From the NCBI RefSeq assembly GCF_006345805.1, contig NC_043006.1, forward strand, positions 28,768,001 through 28,832,000: a DNA stretch of 64,000 bases. The letters are read 5' to 3'. The stretch comes from Octopus sinensis (taxonomy: Eukaryota). Below the pieces are notes generated by a model, which was given only the letters and a program-made list of their open reading frames with translations, had not been told where the DNA came from and ran no database searches. Made by a program: the position numbers and the translations under genes. Positions 24,640-38,265 of this stretch are shown in pieces (within the stretch, counting starts at the first letter, position 1; each line of letters begins with the position of its first letter).

Positions 24640-25480
24640 TATATGAAATAAAACATTACTTAGCTGTTGACCCCAACAGAGTTCCTGCTAATGTTCTGAA
24701 GGAATGCCGGCACAAAATTGTATCTCCCGTAGTTAATCATAGGTGGAAATCACTAGATGCAGGCAATGTACTCTAATATTTTCTATCTCTTTCTGTGTTT
24801 ACAAATTTTCAAAAGAGAAGTAAATCACTTGCAGTAAGCTACCCTCAATTCCCATTTTTATCTCAAGTATTTGAGAAAATAGTGCGGCCATAACTCTCTG
24901 ACAACATTCTCCTTAATTCAGACTAACATGGTTTTCAGGGTGGCAGAGACTATTTGAAACCAACCCTTCCGAGATCGACATGATGCAAACTTCCTGTTGT
25001 AAATCGATCGAAACAAAAACTTTCAATCAAAATTTCATGCTTATTTATGTCTCAAACACTAGTTTAATTTCGATTAAGTTATTTTACTAAATTCTTCATT
25101 ATTTTCAAAATTATTTGAAACAGGGACTCTGTATTTCAACAGAAATATGAGAATGAAGTGTTAACACAGTTTTCTACGCCACTCTGATGATATTTTTTGG
25201 ATGATATATATTTTGGAAAAGGGGTCCTTCCTGCAAGGCCTTTGACAGGGTACCTCACCGCTATATTCTGTTGAAATAAATTTGCCCGACATTGCAGCTA
25301 TATAAACCTACTTCGCTGGATTAAGTAGTATTTTTTAGCAAGCAGAAACTCAACATGTTGTGATTGAGAGAATCCACTCAAAACCAACAAAAATAATTAG
25401 TGGGGTCCTCCAAGTACTAGACAGTTTACCAAAACAATGTTTTTAATATCATTCTAGCGGAGTTTAGAATTGCAAACGCG
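24640..25480 (+). pseudogene. Highly decayed CR1/Jockey-like LINE RT fragments
   Basis: Residual peptides P.RVPANVLKECRH (~24672), KRSKSLAVSY (~24812), CKAFDRVPHRYILLK (~25233). Confidence 0.55.
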
Positions 25481-25622
25481 TTAGTTTAGTAACGAGAAAT
25501 ATGGACACAGCATATCAGGTGATGCTGGCCTAATTGTCAACTAATGATACTACAGCTGCAACCGTACAATCAATGGAAAACTCCATGATTTCCAGCCAAA
25601 ACATGGCTATGAATATAGAACC

Positions 25623-26173
25623 GCGGGACGCAAATTTTTTTTTCCCACAGGAGTTCCGGACCCCCATTATGAAATTATTTGCATACAGCCTATCAGAGTT
25701 CAACTATCAAACTAATTTATGAGCACAAAGCAAATGATGGGCGATAAAAGGTCACTTGGGTAAGGAAAGACCATGCCTCTTTTCTCTTTTAAGAATGCCT
25801 GTTGTTCTTGTTTTAGCCATGGCTGCTTCTGCGTAGTTATTTGTTTTCTTTTACTTTGTAAAGCAGTAAGGAAAGAGGGTTGCTAGCATATCACCCTCTA
25901 CCCACATTTTTCCCATCCACATCTGTATGATATGGGGCTCTAACAAAATCCGTTAATAGGTATAGTTGCAAATCTGTCTAATTACTTGTCTCCTTCTATA
26001 ATCAGGCATAACTTGGCGATCGGACGACTTACAACACCATTCTTCGCCTTGAGTTTACTTGGCAGAGTGTGTTTGTTAAGGTGACAACAAGGTCAAGGTG
26101 AGCTCTGATTGGCTGTATGCAAATGAGTTCATTACTGGGGCCAGGAACTCTCGTGGGAAAAAAATGTTCCCGC
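25623..26173. mobile_element. Old MITE with ~80-bp TIRs
   Basis: Arms 25623-25704 and 26097-26173 are imperfect reverse complements; exact ends and TSD unresolved. Confidence 0.7.
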
Positions 26174-26854
26174 ACGGGACAATCAGCGCAGACGTTTTAG
26201 GGCAGGATTTTTTATCAATGCTCGACCTTAGGCTAAAAAAATTTTTTGTTTACGATGAACGCAGAATTAGATTTTTCCCATCTCTCGTCACACGAATATG
26301 CAGCTAGCCAATTCTTAACCAAACACAAGAAGCATACATGATTCCACAGGTAATTGGTGATATAGCTTCCAGCAAGTAACTTTTTGTATTCAATGTTATG
26401 TTTATGTACAAATAAATTGTTTCATCAAAACTAAAATGGATTCGGTTGTATACGAGAAAAACACGTCGGCTAATTCAGCCTAATCAAATAACCGAAATAC
26501 CACACACACGCACACCTCCAATTTGTACCATCAAACAGTAGAATGAAATTAACAGAGAAAATAACTGGATAAGCTCCAACCAAAACCATACAATGTAAGC
26601 AAGTGGAGAAAAATTAAAGAAAATAATAAACCCAACATGATGCTAAACAAGGAAAATTTTGAAGTCATTCGCTTGAGAAAGGAGGATGTTTTCAAACAGC
26701 CATGTCCTTTTCATGCATTTAATTATATTATATATTTCGGAGTTATTCCCTGCCAACATCATGCATATATATATATATATATCTTTACCGTTTTCTATCT
26801 GTCTCTCTCCTCCTCTTTCTCCTTTTCTCTCTCGCTCTCCTTCTCTTTCTCCTT

Positions 26855-26898
<44 letters not shown>

Positions 26899-27366
26899 GC
26901 TCACACGTGACCATCGTCCATATTTCTTTTCCTCATGTGATCATCTTTCTTTTCTTTCAGGGTTGTCCTAAAGACTGGACGTATCATATCTCTCTCTTCT
27001 ATCTTTTCTCTTGTCAAAGAAAATATTTCTCCAGCGTTCGCTATTTTACCCTCCATGTTTGTTTTCGTTTCCTTGTATGTCTCTACTATCCTGTTTTTGT
27101 TCCCAACTTTGACCCTCCATAAATCCAAAATTTTATTTTGGTACTTATGGGAGCAACTGTCTTCGCAGACTCATATTGTCGTTCAATGCTCGATATGAGG
27201 AGTAGATAGACAGCCGACAACTGATGAAATGTCTTTCTTTATGTTACTTGTCCTGTTTTCCATTTGTTTCTCTCATTGCGTATTAAACTCATTTGTTTTC
27301 GTACTTCATGTTGTTTACTGTTGGTAACGTCCTGTACCCATATATGCATATATGTGTATGTATGTG

Positions 27367-27441
<75 letters not shown>

Positions 27442-28589
27442 ATATATGTATGTATGTATGTATGCATGTATGTATGTATGCATATATATTATTTATATTA
27501 TTATTTGATTGAACGCCACGCATCCATTTCCAAGTATATATATATATATATATATATTAGATAGATAAATAGACAGATAGATAGATAAAGAGAGAGAGAG
27601 AGAACATATTTCGAAGCCTATACATAAAGCTATAAATGTAAATATTTGATAGAAAAATCGAAGACTCACATCTCCTGTAAACATGACAGGCATTCTTACA
27701 TTGGATTAAAGCAATCTTTCGAATTTTAGAAGCTTTATTCTTTACGGCGACAACTGTAGGTAGCTGACGTCATAAAAATGGATAGAGAAATAATTGTTTT
27801 AGTCCAATGGTAGAACGTTTGTCAATGTCTACAACTACATGTATTGAGTTTTACTCTTGTTCGTTTGTTTACTCGTAATTATACGAGACTTAAGCTTATA
27901 TAGAATTTACATAGCTCGTAGGAAGAAATTTTTGATCCTCAGAATTTTCTGTTAAGCTACCAAGAAATACCAGGCTTATTAGACCCCATACTTTAGCAGA
28001 AGTTCTCCTTTGTCATCTATGCAACCACCACACAAAGTTGAGTGCAAATATATTTAACACTGCAGCAACCATATTGTTTTACTACTCGACGATTACTTTA
28101 ATGGAGATATACCAATGAGCTTTTAAACTTAGAAACCTCTCTACGGAATCTAAACAATGTTTTATATTTCTTTGAAGGCAGTAAAATATTGCGGTGTTTT
28201 TTTTACTGAATAGTTTTATTTGTCATCTGACAGCAAATATCTTCATTTCCCTTCGAATTAGATATCAATAACCCGTTGATATTTATACCACACATCAGGG
28301 ATCGTTTGAAATAGTTGATAAACATTGTATTGCCGTCAGGAATTTTTCATAAACTTTCGAAAGAATTTGAAATAATTCTTTTTTGGAACGGCATATCTCG
28401 TAGCACGGACATAAAAAGCTATAAACACTAGCATGTAAATATTTGATAATAAAAAAAGTCAGTTGCTGCCCATGGAACTCGAACCTACATCTACAGACAT
28501 TACAAGCATTCTACCATGGTACTAAAGCAGTGGTTCTCAACAATTTCTTGCCTATAGAGCCCTTTGATTACTATTCAATTCTGGTACAC

Positions 28590-28821
28590 CGCAAATAATT
28601 GTTGTTGACAAAAGTCCGGAGAAATTGTATTCACCTCAATAGACGTCATTGGTTGGTTGAAATTGCCGAAATGCAAGAAATTAAACAACAAATAGCCAAC
28701 TAACTACAGAATGTTCTCAAGAAAGCCAAGAGAAAAAGATGTTTTATAAACACATTCTACCAGTATACGAAGTTACAAAGAAATTATTTTAAAAATCTGC
28801 CGGTCAAAGCGAAAAGATACC
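28590..28821. mobile_element. Fragment of Merlin-like family A/B
   Basis: Shares AAAGCCAAGAGAAAAAGATGTTTTATAAACACATTCTACCAGTATACGAAGTT and a degenerate end AAAAGATACC. Confidence 0.65.
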
Positions 28822-29212
28822 CATATTTTTTGAGAATTTGAAATGTATATAAAAATAAACATAACGTAGAAAACGAATATATTTATCTACTAAAATTGAT
28901 GACGTTATTAGATATCTAAAGAACAAAAACTACTGACAAAAATTCTACGTTATGCTTAAGAGATAACTGAAGGATAAAAACTACAGATAATATATCTACT
29001 CGTAAGTAATGTTTTATAGAAACTTAGATACTTTACGTTGCAATAATTAATTACCAATTTAATATAATATACCCTTCTATAGGAATTAACCTTAGAGCCC
29101 AGTAGAATAAGTACTAGGCTTACAAAGAGTAAGTCCTGGAGTCGATTTCTCCGACTAAAACCTTTAAAGGCATTGCTCCAGCATGGCCGCAGTCAAATGA
29201 TTTAAACAAGTA

Positions 29213-29710
29213 CCGTAAATCTTCGAGTATAATCCGCTTTTTTTCCCCAAAATTTAATGGTCAAAATCCCTAGTGCGTACTATATATGAGGTTAAAAGTG
29301 ATAATTATTTTCTAAGCAATGTCCGAGTCTCTATTTGCTGTCCGGCAATATTTATTCAAATGTATTTTGTGATGTCGGGCGCGAAAATACCTTAAGCTAA
29401 GCCTGAAAGCAATGAAGCCATAAAAGAATAATCCATAACTTGCAGTAAGCAACATTTCTTAAACGTTATTACTGTTATTTCTTTATTTTCTGCAAACAAA
29501 ATGCACAAAAAAGCTACTCGTTTGCATTATGTTATATGTACAATAATAATAAAGGACGTTACCGTATATATTTTAACAAACCAAGGACGTTATATAGACC
29601 TCCTTGACTCAAGTTAGAGAAGGGGTGTGTATAGGTTTTTCAGAGGTACATCCCCCTAAAAATCCCCTGCGTATTATACTCAAGGGTGGACTATACTCGA
29701 GGATTTACGG
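29213..29710. mobile_element. Tc2/pogo-type MITE
   Basis: TIRs CCGTAAATCTTCGAGTATAATCC / GGACTATACTCGAGGATTTACGG with TA TSD; inserted in the tail of an S1 SINE. Confidence 0.85.
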
Positions 29711-30607
29711 TAAAAAAAAAATAGTTAAATAAGATTTGGCTAAAAACCTTGTAATATATTATTCAAAACTTGTCCACAGTTATTGGTTATCTGATGGCAT
29801 CATACGGTGGAAATGCTTTTGCTACTGGATGTACTTCAGGAATTCTTTAGTATGCATAGATAAGTGCAGAAAATGGAGTAAGCGATATTCTTTACTTAAA
29901 ATCACTACAATTGTTTCACTGCATTTTTACACCCGTAGTACATTGATGAGATGTTATGTAATCATTGTCATCTATCCAAGGTGTAAAATGCGCCGCCTCA
30001 GATCATTGTTTAAACGAGTCTTTCGTAAGATCTTATAGTCATTTCACTGAGTGTGAGAATGCATACGCAAAGCAATGCGATATTTACAGTTTACAGACAG
30101 AACTAAACCTGTAGATATAATGACAGACAAAATACAATTTTAATCAAAATCAAAATACTGAAATAAAGAAATGGACAAAAAAAAAGGGGCCAACTTGACT
30201 ATAAATTACAATTCTATCTTTATGGTCTGGTTATAAGGAAGAAAGTGCAAAGCTGAAGGATAAAATTAAGCGTTCGGAGATAATAAAGTGATAAAGTGAT
30301 GAAGGCTGACTGTTTATGTGCTTATCAAATGTTTCTTTGTTTCTTTATAGGATCTAAATTACCTTCTGCCTTTCGCGACAAAACAACTGGCTCCATTCTT
30401 CACTTGAATCTGCTGCTATTTAAAGTTTACATGATTGCCCTCTAGCTTTTATCTCGTTTTTGAAACAATTAGAAAAATAAGTTGGTAGGTGTATTCACCC
30501 CACTCCCCATCCCACCCCACAGATATATATATTCTTTCAAATTCCCTTCCACAAGGTAGTGTATAGAGTTTTATATACACAAACAAACAAACATCTATTT
30601 ATATATA

Positions 30608-31869
30608 TTGGGTCGGCCAAAAAGTCCGTTCGTTTTTTTAGTATCAACTGTCCGGTCTTCTAATCACTGTTCCGATATTTCTTTTTCTTTAGAAACTGTA
30701 TTCGGTATAACGACCATGGTTACATATCAGTGTGTAACAAGCCTCAAAGGAGAGAGATTGCAGCTTGTTTGATTGCATTTGAGCCTAGACATGGAAGACC
30801 GGACGGAGCACTATTGGCATCTTATGCTTTTTTACTTCAGAAAAGGAAAGAAAGCAACAGAAACTTGCCGAAAGTTATACAATGTGTATGGAGAGATTGC
30901 TGTTTCAGAACGGGTGTGCCAGAAATGGTTTGTTTGATTTCGATCAGCGAATTTTTCAGTAAGAGATACACCTAGCTCTGGCCGGCGAAAAGAAATTGAT
31001 AATGACCAACTGAGAGCTGTAGTCAAACAAGACTGCAGTCTTACGACCAGACAAATATTCTTAACATATCCAAAACAAGTATGGAAAATGAATTGCATAA
31101 ACTTGGTTATGTTTCTAAACTTGATGTTTGGGTTCTCCATAAATTGAAAGAGGGTTTTCATTTGCGATTCCTTAATGAAAAGGGAAAACAACGAACCCTT
31201 TTTGAGAAGAATTGTTACTGGAGATGAAAATGGGTAGTTTACAATAATGTCAAACGAAGAAGATCATGGAAAAAAAGCAGGGGATTCTCCAAAACGAACA
31301 TCTAAAGCAGGTCTTCACCCAAAGAAAGTGCTGTTATCGATATGGTGAGATTGGAAGGGTGTTATCTTTTTTGAATTTCTTCCCTTGAATAAAACCATCA
31401 ATTCAGAGGTTTATTGTGAACAACTGGATAAATTAAACACGGCTCTTCATCAAAAACGACCAGAACTGGTGAATTGCAAAGGCGTTGTTTTCCACCATGA
31501 CAACACAAGGTCACACACTGCTTTGATTACTCGGCAGAAGTTGCTGCAGCTTGAGTGGGAAGTTTTGCCTCACCCTCCGTAATCTCCAGATCTGGTCCCA
31601 TCAGATTTCCATCTGTTTTGGTCACTGCAAAATTCATTGAATGAAAAAAAATAATTTAATTCGTATAAAGACGTGAAAATTTTCTTGGAAACATTTTTTG
31701 CTAAAGAACCTAAATTCTTCGAACAGGGGATTAAAGATCTACCCAACAGGTGGCGAAAGGTTATAGAAGCAAATGGCAACTATTGTATTGATTAAATACA
31801 TTTTTCACAATTGTTTACTTTGTTTTGATTTTCACCTAAAACAACCAACGGACTTTTTGGCCAACCCAA
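30608..31869 (+). mobile_element. Full-length decayed mariner (D,D34D type)
   Basis: TIRs TTGGGTCGGCCAAAAAGTCCGTT / AACGGACTTTTTGGCCAACCCAA with TA TSD; transposase ~30791-31795 with WVLHKL, RIVTGDE, FHHDNTRSH, HPP*SPDLVPSDFHLF; several stops and frameshifts. Confidence 0.93.
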
Positions 31870-32238
31870 TACATACATGTATGCTTCTTACATATATTCT
31901 TTCTATTTTTATTGTTTATAAAGGCATTAGCGTGGCGGTGTAATACGAAGTTTGCTTCCCAAACACAGCAAGGCCACAATCTAATTACTGAAACAGGTAA
32001 AAGATGATAAATTAAAAAAAAAAAGAAAGACATCAATATTAATTTCTGTAGGGTTAAAAATCTACCAACATACAAAGTAGTGCGTACATTTTTATATATA
32101 CACACGTATCGTTTTATATACGCATGTATATATATATGCATACATATATATATGTATGTATGTTTATATATATATATGTGTGTATGTATGTATGTATGTA
32201 TGTATGTATGTATGTATGTATGTATGTATGTATGTATG

Positions 32239-32287
<49 letters not shown>

Positions 32288-32289
<2 letters not shown>

Positions 32290-32910
32290 ATTCTATAATT
32301 ATGAGTAGAATTATAATTAGGGTTCAGCAAAATTTGCTTCCCCACACACCGAAATTTAGAAATAGCAGTTAAACTACTATTTTACTACCATAAGAAAATC
32401 TCCCAGACAGCAATACTCAACAACACACGCAGGTAAAGAGAAAAAATAGCGAATCCCCCCGGCTCTGATTAACTGTATACGCGTTTCGGAGTTAGAGAGA
32501 TGTGAAAAAAATGTAAAATCATATTTCTACTCTCTCATTCTCCTCTTCAGTACAGTAATTCAAGATTTTAAATTTGGGAGCACTGAAAATTAACATACTT
32601 ATCTGATCAAGCGACATCAGACAACGTATATCCAACGACCAGTACTTCCGAATTCAAACAGACAAATGAGATTACGTATTCCTCCCCACTCACCCATGTG
32701 TGCCAACAAGTAAAATTCTGCAGAAAACTGAAGTTTACTATCAGAGAGAGGATTATATTATCCATAATAATAAAGGGTAAAATTGATTAATCAATTAATA
32801 ATTAATAATTTTACCAAGTAGTTCGGTATGTTAAAAGAACCATTATCGGTAAACTTATACAAAAAAATTCTATAATTATGAATATAATTATAATTAGAGT
32901 TCAGCAAAAT
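32288..32910 (-). mobile_element. Non-coding Penelope-LTR/retrozyme-like unit (577 bp plus 46-bp terminal repeat)
   Basis: Direct repeat AAATTCTATAATTATGA..TTCAGCAAAAT at 32288-32333 and 32865-32910; contains a hammerhead. Confidence 0.6.
32472..32556 (-). ncRNA. Minimal type I hammerhead ribozyme, core apparently intact
   Basis: Minus strand ACUGUA CUGAAGA GGAG[..]CUCC GAAA CGCG UA^ UACAGU: perfect 6-bp stem I, G-C closed stem II, palindromic CGCG loop III, GUA site. Confidence 0.8.
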
Positions 32911-33462
32911 GTGGTGGGGTGCCTATATTTGTCCACCACCACCGTTTGACAACCGGTGTGGGTGTGTTTATGTCTCCATAACTTAGCGGTTCGGAGGAAA
33001 AGGCCGATAGAATAAGTACTAGGATAAAAGATAAGCCCTGTGGTCGATTTGTTCGACTAAAATCTTTGAAGGCGGTGCTCCAGCATGGCTGCAGTCAGAT
33101 GACTGAAACAAAAGAATACACGCGCGCGTGCGTAAGTATGTATGTATGTATGTATGTATGTATGTATGTATGTATGTATGTATGTATGTATGTATGTCTG
33201 TATGTATGTATCAGCAAAATGTTTAAAATATGTTTAAGTTTCAAGAAAACCCAGAGTTGGGCGTCTTCAAAGACGTGTCGTTTCTAATTTTATTTGAAGG
33301 AGCTATGATTGGGGAAGCAAGATTATAATAAGTTTCTATAATATTTTCCTAAATTTTTAATTCTAAAGCAGTTTTTCTTTTGTAAACATTCGTGCGATTT
33401 ACAGCAGTATCTTTTAAATCTATCTCCATTGCATCAAAAAGTTAACAAAACGGGAACCAGTG

Positions 33463-33500
<38 letters not shown>

Positions 33501-33532
33501 TATGTGTGAATGTCTATCTGTCTGTCTGTCTC

Positions 33533-33608
<76 letters not shown>

Positions 33609-33660
33609 ATATATATATATATATACTACAAAATTAGAAAATGGAGAAACATACTTAAAT

Positions 33661-33732
<72 letters not shown>

Positions 33733-33781
33733 TAAACAAATTCAAAATGCGATAAAATAAAATTAATTATTATCGCTGGTG

Positions 33782-33825
<44 letters not shown>

Positions 33826-33868
33826 CTGTATTTATCTATTCATCATTGTTACTTATGGATGAGTGAGC

Positions 33869-33953
<85 letters not shown>

Positions 33954-34200
33954 GTAGAGACTTTCTCTAGATATGCGAGTTCATATGTTTGAAGATATAG
34001 ATACAAAGAGGAAGACTGAAAAAGTCATACACATGTTTATACACATACACATGCACACATGTGCACAATAAAAATACAAAAATATACCATTAATTAAATT
34101 TGTAAAGTGTCAAATCAAGAGCTAGCAACTTCCTGTACAGTTGAAACGATTCTAATTACAACTTGTGTTTATTTTATTGTCGTACAATTGTTCATTTATG

Positions 34201-35070
34201 CGAGGGTTGTCCTGAAAATAATGCAAAAGTGGGCATAAAGTTTTTCATTAATTGACAAAGGTCACTAAAATTGCATATGTTAATAGAGTAACTCTTTGCT
34301 TTACTGTAGTTTTTCTTCCTGTTCTTCTTTGCAAGGAAATGATGGGTTCCAAGTGTAAGCAATATATCATTTAGATCTTGATGAAGGAGTGATGCAGGAT
34401 GTCCGACATTTACCAAAGACTACAGGTTGTCTACGGAGATGGCACCATCGATAAGAGTAATGTGCACAGATAGATGAAGAAGTGTAAAGAAATGTAAACC
34501 AGTATTGAGACCGTAAACTGTGATCACTGACACTAATCGCTAGCAAAGAAAGGAACTGATTCGCGCCGTCAGAGGAGTCACAATCCGTGAGCTTATTGCA
34601 CAACTGGATCGTTGTAGCAATGTATTACAGAAGATAGTAGAAGTCTTTGGGTATCGGAAAGTGTATGCGAAGTGGGTACATCGGAACTTGACACACGATT
34701 TGAAGGCGAGAAGAGTGGCAATCTGCTCTGATCTACTTGAAGCATTTGAAGACAATGAAAACACGTTTTTTTTTGGGGGGGGGGTTACGATCTGGTGACA
34801 AAGACTGAAAGGTGGGCGTAATTTTACGATTTAGAAGCGAAGACTCAGTCCATGCAACAGTGTCAAACATCTCAAAGGTCTGAGTTCAAGAGACAGTGAT
34901 CAGCACAGAAAGTTATAGTGAATGCTTTAGGGGATGACAAGGACATCATTTTCCTTGATTTTCTGGGACGTGGCTTTTCTTGAACTGCAAGCGATATACT
35001 GAAACACTCAACAAGCTTAGAGAAGCCCATTAGGAAAGAGAAATCGAATAAGAATCTGGAGGTGATCCCC
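34201..35070 (+). mobile_element. Decayed mariner, 5' two-thirds
   Basis: End CGAGGGTTGTCCTGAAAATAATG; peptides GYRKVYAKWVHRNLTHD and SAQKVIVNALGDDKDIIFLDFL. Confidence 0.7.
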
Positions 35071-35339
35071 AATAAATTTGGTTTCACTTGGTTTGATTAC
35101 AATGCATTTCGTTATTTGCCTGTAGCTTGTTGCCTGCGGGGTTTCGTAGTTTGAAATGACATGGAATGGATGGATACAGTTCGTTTTTTATATAGGTAAT
35201 TGATCTACGCATAGTTAATGATATATAAAACACGTTTTTAAGAATAAAAAAATAAGAAAAACATTATTTTGATAAGTTTACAATGAGCTGATACTATTCT
35301 TGCTTTCATAAAGATATTTCATTAAATAAATTCATAAAA

Positions 35340-36110
35340 AGATAAGACAATCTCGTTGGGGAATGCTGCCATAATCCTTGCCTTCAATTCATCTTTGATG
35401 TTACAAGGAGTTTTGTTGGTCTCTCGCTCAACAGCACCCCAAAAGGTGGTTGCAATATGGGGAGTTAGGTGGCCAGATGTTAGGGGGATGTTATGTTCAC
35501 AGAAATTGTCTGACAGCCATTACGGGGTTCTTCTTGTGTGGCAAGGTGCAGAGTCCTATTGCTAGACATAGGGTCTTCCACTTTCCTGACCCAGAGCAGC
35601 CACCCTCTTGGTGCAGGGCAGTACTACCAGGCACTTGATGTAGGCCTCTGTGTTGAGTCTGAGGCCGTGTGGGAAAATTAATGCCGGCATAACGTTGCCA
35701 TCACTAGTGATCACTCCAAACACCATGATGTTGACTGGATGTTTGGTTTTTATCACTCTCGGTACATGTTTTGGGGACACGGCAAGCCAACGGTTGCTCT
35801 GTGCGTTCACCATCTGATCCTGGCAGAAATTTTTCTCATATCAGAAAAACCAAAGCATGTTCTGTTGGAGGGGATGCTTGAGTTTGTTCAAAAGCTTCGT
35901 AGTGCGGTCTTTCCTCTTGTCCTTGATGGCTTGGGATAAAAATTGGCCCTTTCTCATCTTGTATGAGGAATACCGAATGTCTTCATGCACTACCTGCCTG
36001 ATAAGAAACTCAGACGCCCCCACGTCCTTGGTGATGGACCTGATTGACTTGGAGGGATTGTTGTCAATCATGGCCTGGATCTCACCAACAAATTCAGGAG
36101 TTCTTTTCTT
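35340..36110 (-). pseudogene. maT/DD37D-like Tc1-mariner transposase fragment
   Basis: KRTPEFVGEIQAMID..SIRSITKD, KTKHPVNIMVFGVITSDG, DSAPCH, WPPNSP motifs. Confidence 0.8.
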
Positions 36111-36598
36111 ACATACATACATATATACATACATATGTACATGCATACATACATACATACATACATACATACATACATACATACATACATACGTACATAC
36201 ATACATACATACATACATACATACATAAAACTGAATACATGCATACATATGTATGTGTGTGTTTATGCATGTTTATGTGTGTGGTGTGTGCGGTGTGTGT
36301 GTGAGTGTGTGTATGTGTGTATTTGGTGAAGTAAGGACCAGATTGTGTGCAATTAGACAAACCAAATTCTCCAGTTAGTTGTTAAGCTAAACCGTTTTAC
36401 ATTCACTTGAGAATTTCTCATCGTTGTTGACTAATTTCAGGATGAGTTACTACTACTACTACCACTACTACTACTACTATCTGTGAATACCCTAATCACA
36501 GCTGCTGATTTGCGGGAGAGAAACGAGAACCTCTTAACATATGTCACAGATCTTGAGCCCGGGTCAAAAAGAAGTAATGATTAAGTGGAAGTGTCTAT

Positions 36599-36656
<58 letters not shown>

Positions 36657-36930
36657 GTGGTGGTGGTGGAAGGAGGTTGTGGGTGGTGGGGCAGTCTTAG
36701 ATGGTGGTGATGAAGATGGTGGCGGCGGTGTTTCCGGTTGGGTGATGTGTCAGTGTTTTGAACTCAGTCTAATCTGACCCTCCCCCTCACGCCTGGGGAT
36801 TCATCATCCCAAGTGATTCCGATATTATATCTTTCTATATTTAAAGCTGCAGAGTGTCTTTCGAAGAAGAATTGCTTCTATTTCTTACGGGTCGAGTAAC
36901 CAACCGTGCAGAAAACTCCCTCTGTTCCTA

Positions 36931-36998
36931 CACACATACATACATACATACATACATACATACATACATACATACATACATACATACATACATACATG

Positions 36999-37038
<40 letters not shown>

Positions 37039-37837
37039 ACACACACACACACACACACACACGCATGCACCCGCGTGCGAACACACACACACACATATTC
37101 TTATATGAATACACACACATTCATTATGCATGTATGTATGTATGTATGTATGTATGTATGTATGTATGTATGTATGTATGCATGTATGTATATATTTATG
37201 TATGTATGTACGTATGTATGTTCGTACGTACGTATGTATGTATGTATGTATGTATGTATGTATGTATGTATGTATGTATGTATGTATGTATGTATGTATG
37301 TATTTATGTATGTACGTATGTATGTATGTTCGTACGTACGTATGTATGTATGTATGTATGTATGTATGTATGTATCTATGTATGTTTGTATGTATGTATG
37401 TATGTACGTAGGTATGTATGTATGTACGTACGTACGTGTGTATGTATGTATGTATGTATCTATGTATGTATGTATATGTATGTATGTATGTATGATGTAT
37501 GTATGTATGTATGTATGTATGTATGTATGTGTATGTACGTATGTATGTATGTTCGTACGTACGTATGTATGTATGTATGTATGTATGTATGTATGTATGT
37601 ATCTATGTATGTTTGTATGTATGTATGTATGTACGTAGGTATGTATGTATGTACGTACGTACGTGTGTATGTATGTATGTATGTATCTATGTATGTATGT
37701 ATGTATGTATGTACGTATGTATGTACGTATGTATGTATGTACGTACGTACGTACGTACGTATGTATGTATGTATGTATGTATGTATGTATGTATGTATGT
37801 ATGTATGTATGTATGTATGTATGTATGTATGTATGTA
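36931..37837. repeat. (TACA)n/(CA)n followed by a ~710-bp (TATG)n array
   Basis: Direct reading; source of the YVCM/HTYI ORFs. Confidence 0.97.
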
Positions 37838-37937
37838 TTTGGATTGTCAAGCAGTTTAAGAGTTTAAAATGTGGAAGTATATTGACCGGAAGTGACGACA
37901 GTGAAAACTGATAATTTCGTGTAAACTATCTAAGTAA

Positions 37938-38140
37938 CTACGGAGATGTACTTGCATAGCGAGTGACTTGATCTGAGATCGTGTGCTGGAACGAAAACAA
38001 TTGCAGCGTGGAAGGTGTTTATAAGCCATTCAAGAAACACACAAAACCGTTAGATTCACTTCAACATTTAGATTTAATTTAATCTAGCGGTTTTGTGTGT
38101 TTCTTAAATGGCTTATAAACACCTTCCACGCTGCAATTGT
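37938..38140. mobile_element. Small insert with 61-bp inverted arms and 11-bp TSD
   Basis: TSD TATCTAAGTAA (37927-37937, 38141-38151); arms 37996-38056 and 38081-38141. Confidence 0.8.
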
Positions 38141-38265
38141 TATCTAAGTAATGTAACTAATGTATAGGTCAATCGATTCGGACAACGCCACTACTTTCCG
38201 TTTGTTGATGCTGGTACAGTTCAGTAGTCAAGCAGGATTATTGCATTGCTTACATGTAACTGTGT

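Noticed and set aside
28460-28527. tRNA gene on the minus strand (A and B boxes); similar tract at ~27800
   Set aside because: No complete cloverleaf; more likely decayed SINE heads. SINE heads elsewhere were not called tRNAs for the same reason.
30351-30445. Exon after a strong splice acceptor
   Set aside because: No convincing donor; frames close quickly; no recognisable peptide.
36906-37911. Long ORFs (317, 249, 187 aa) and the many YI/VC/HT-rich ORFs across the window
   Set aside because: Translations of stop-free microsatellites.
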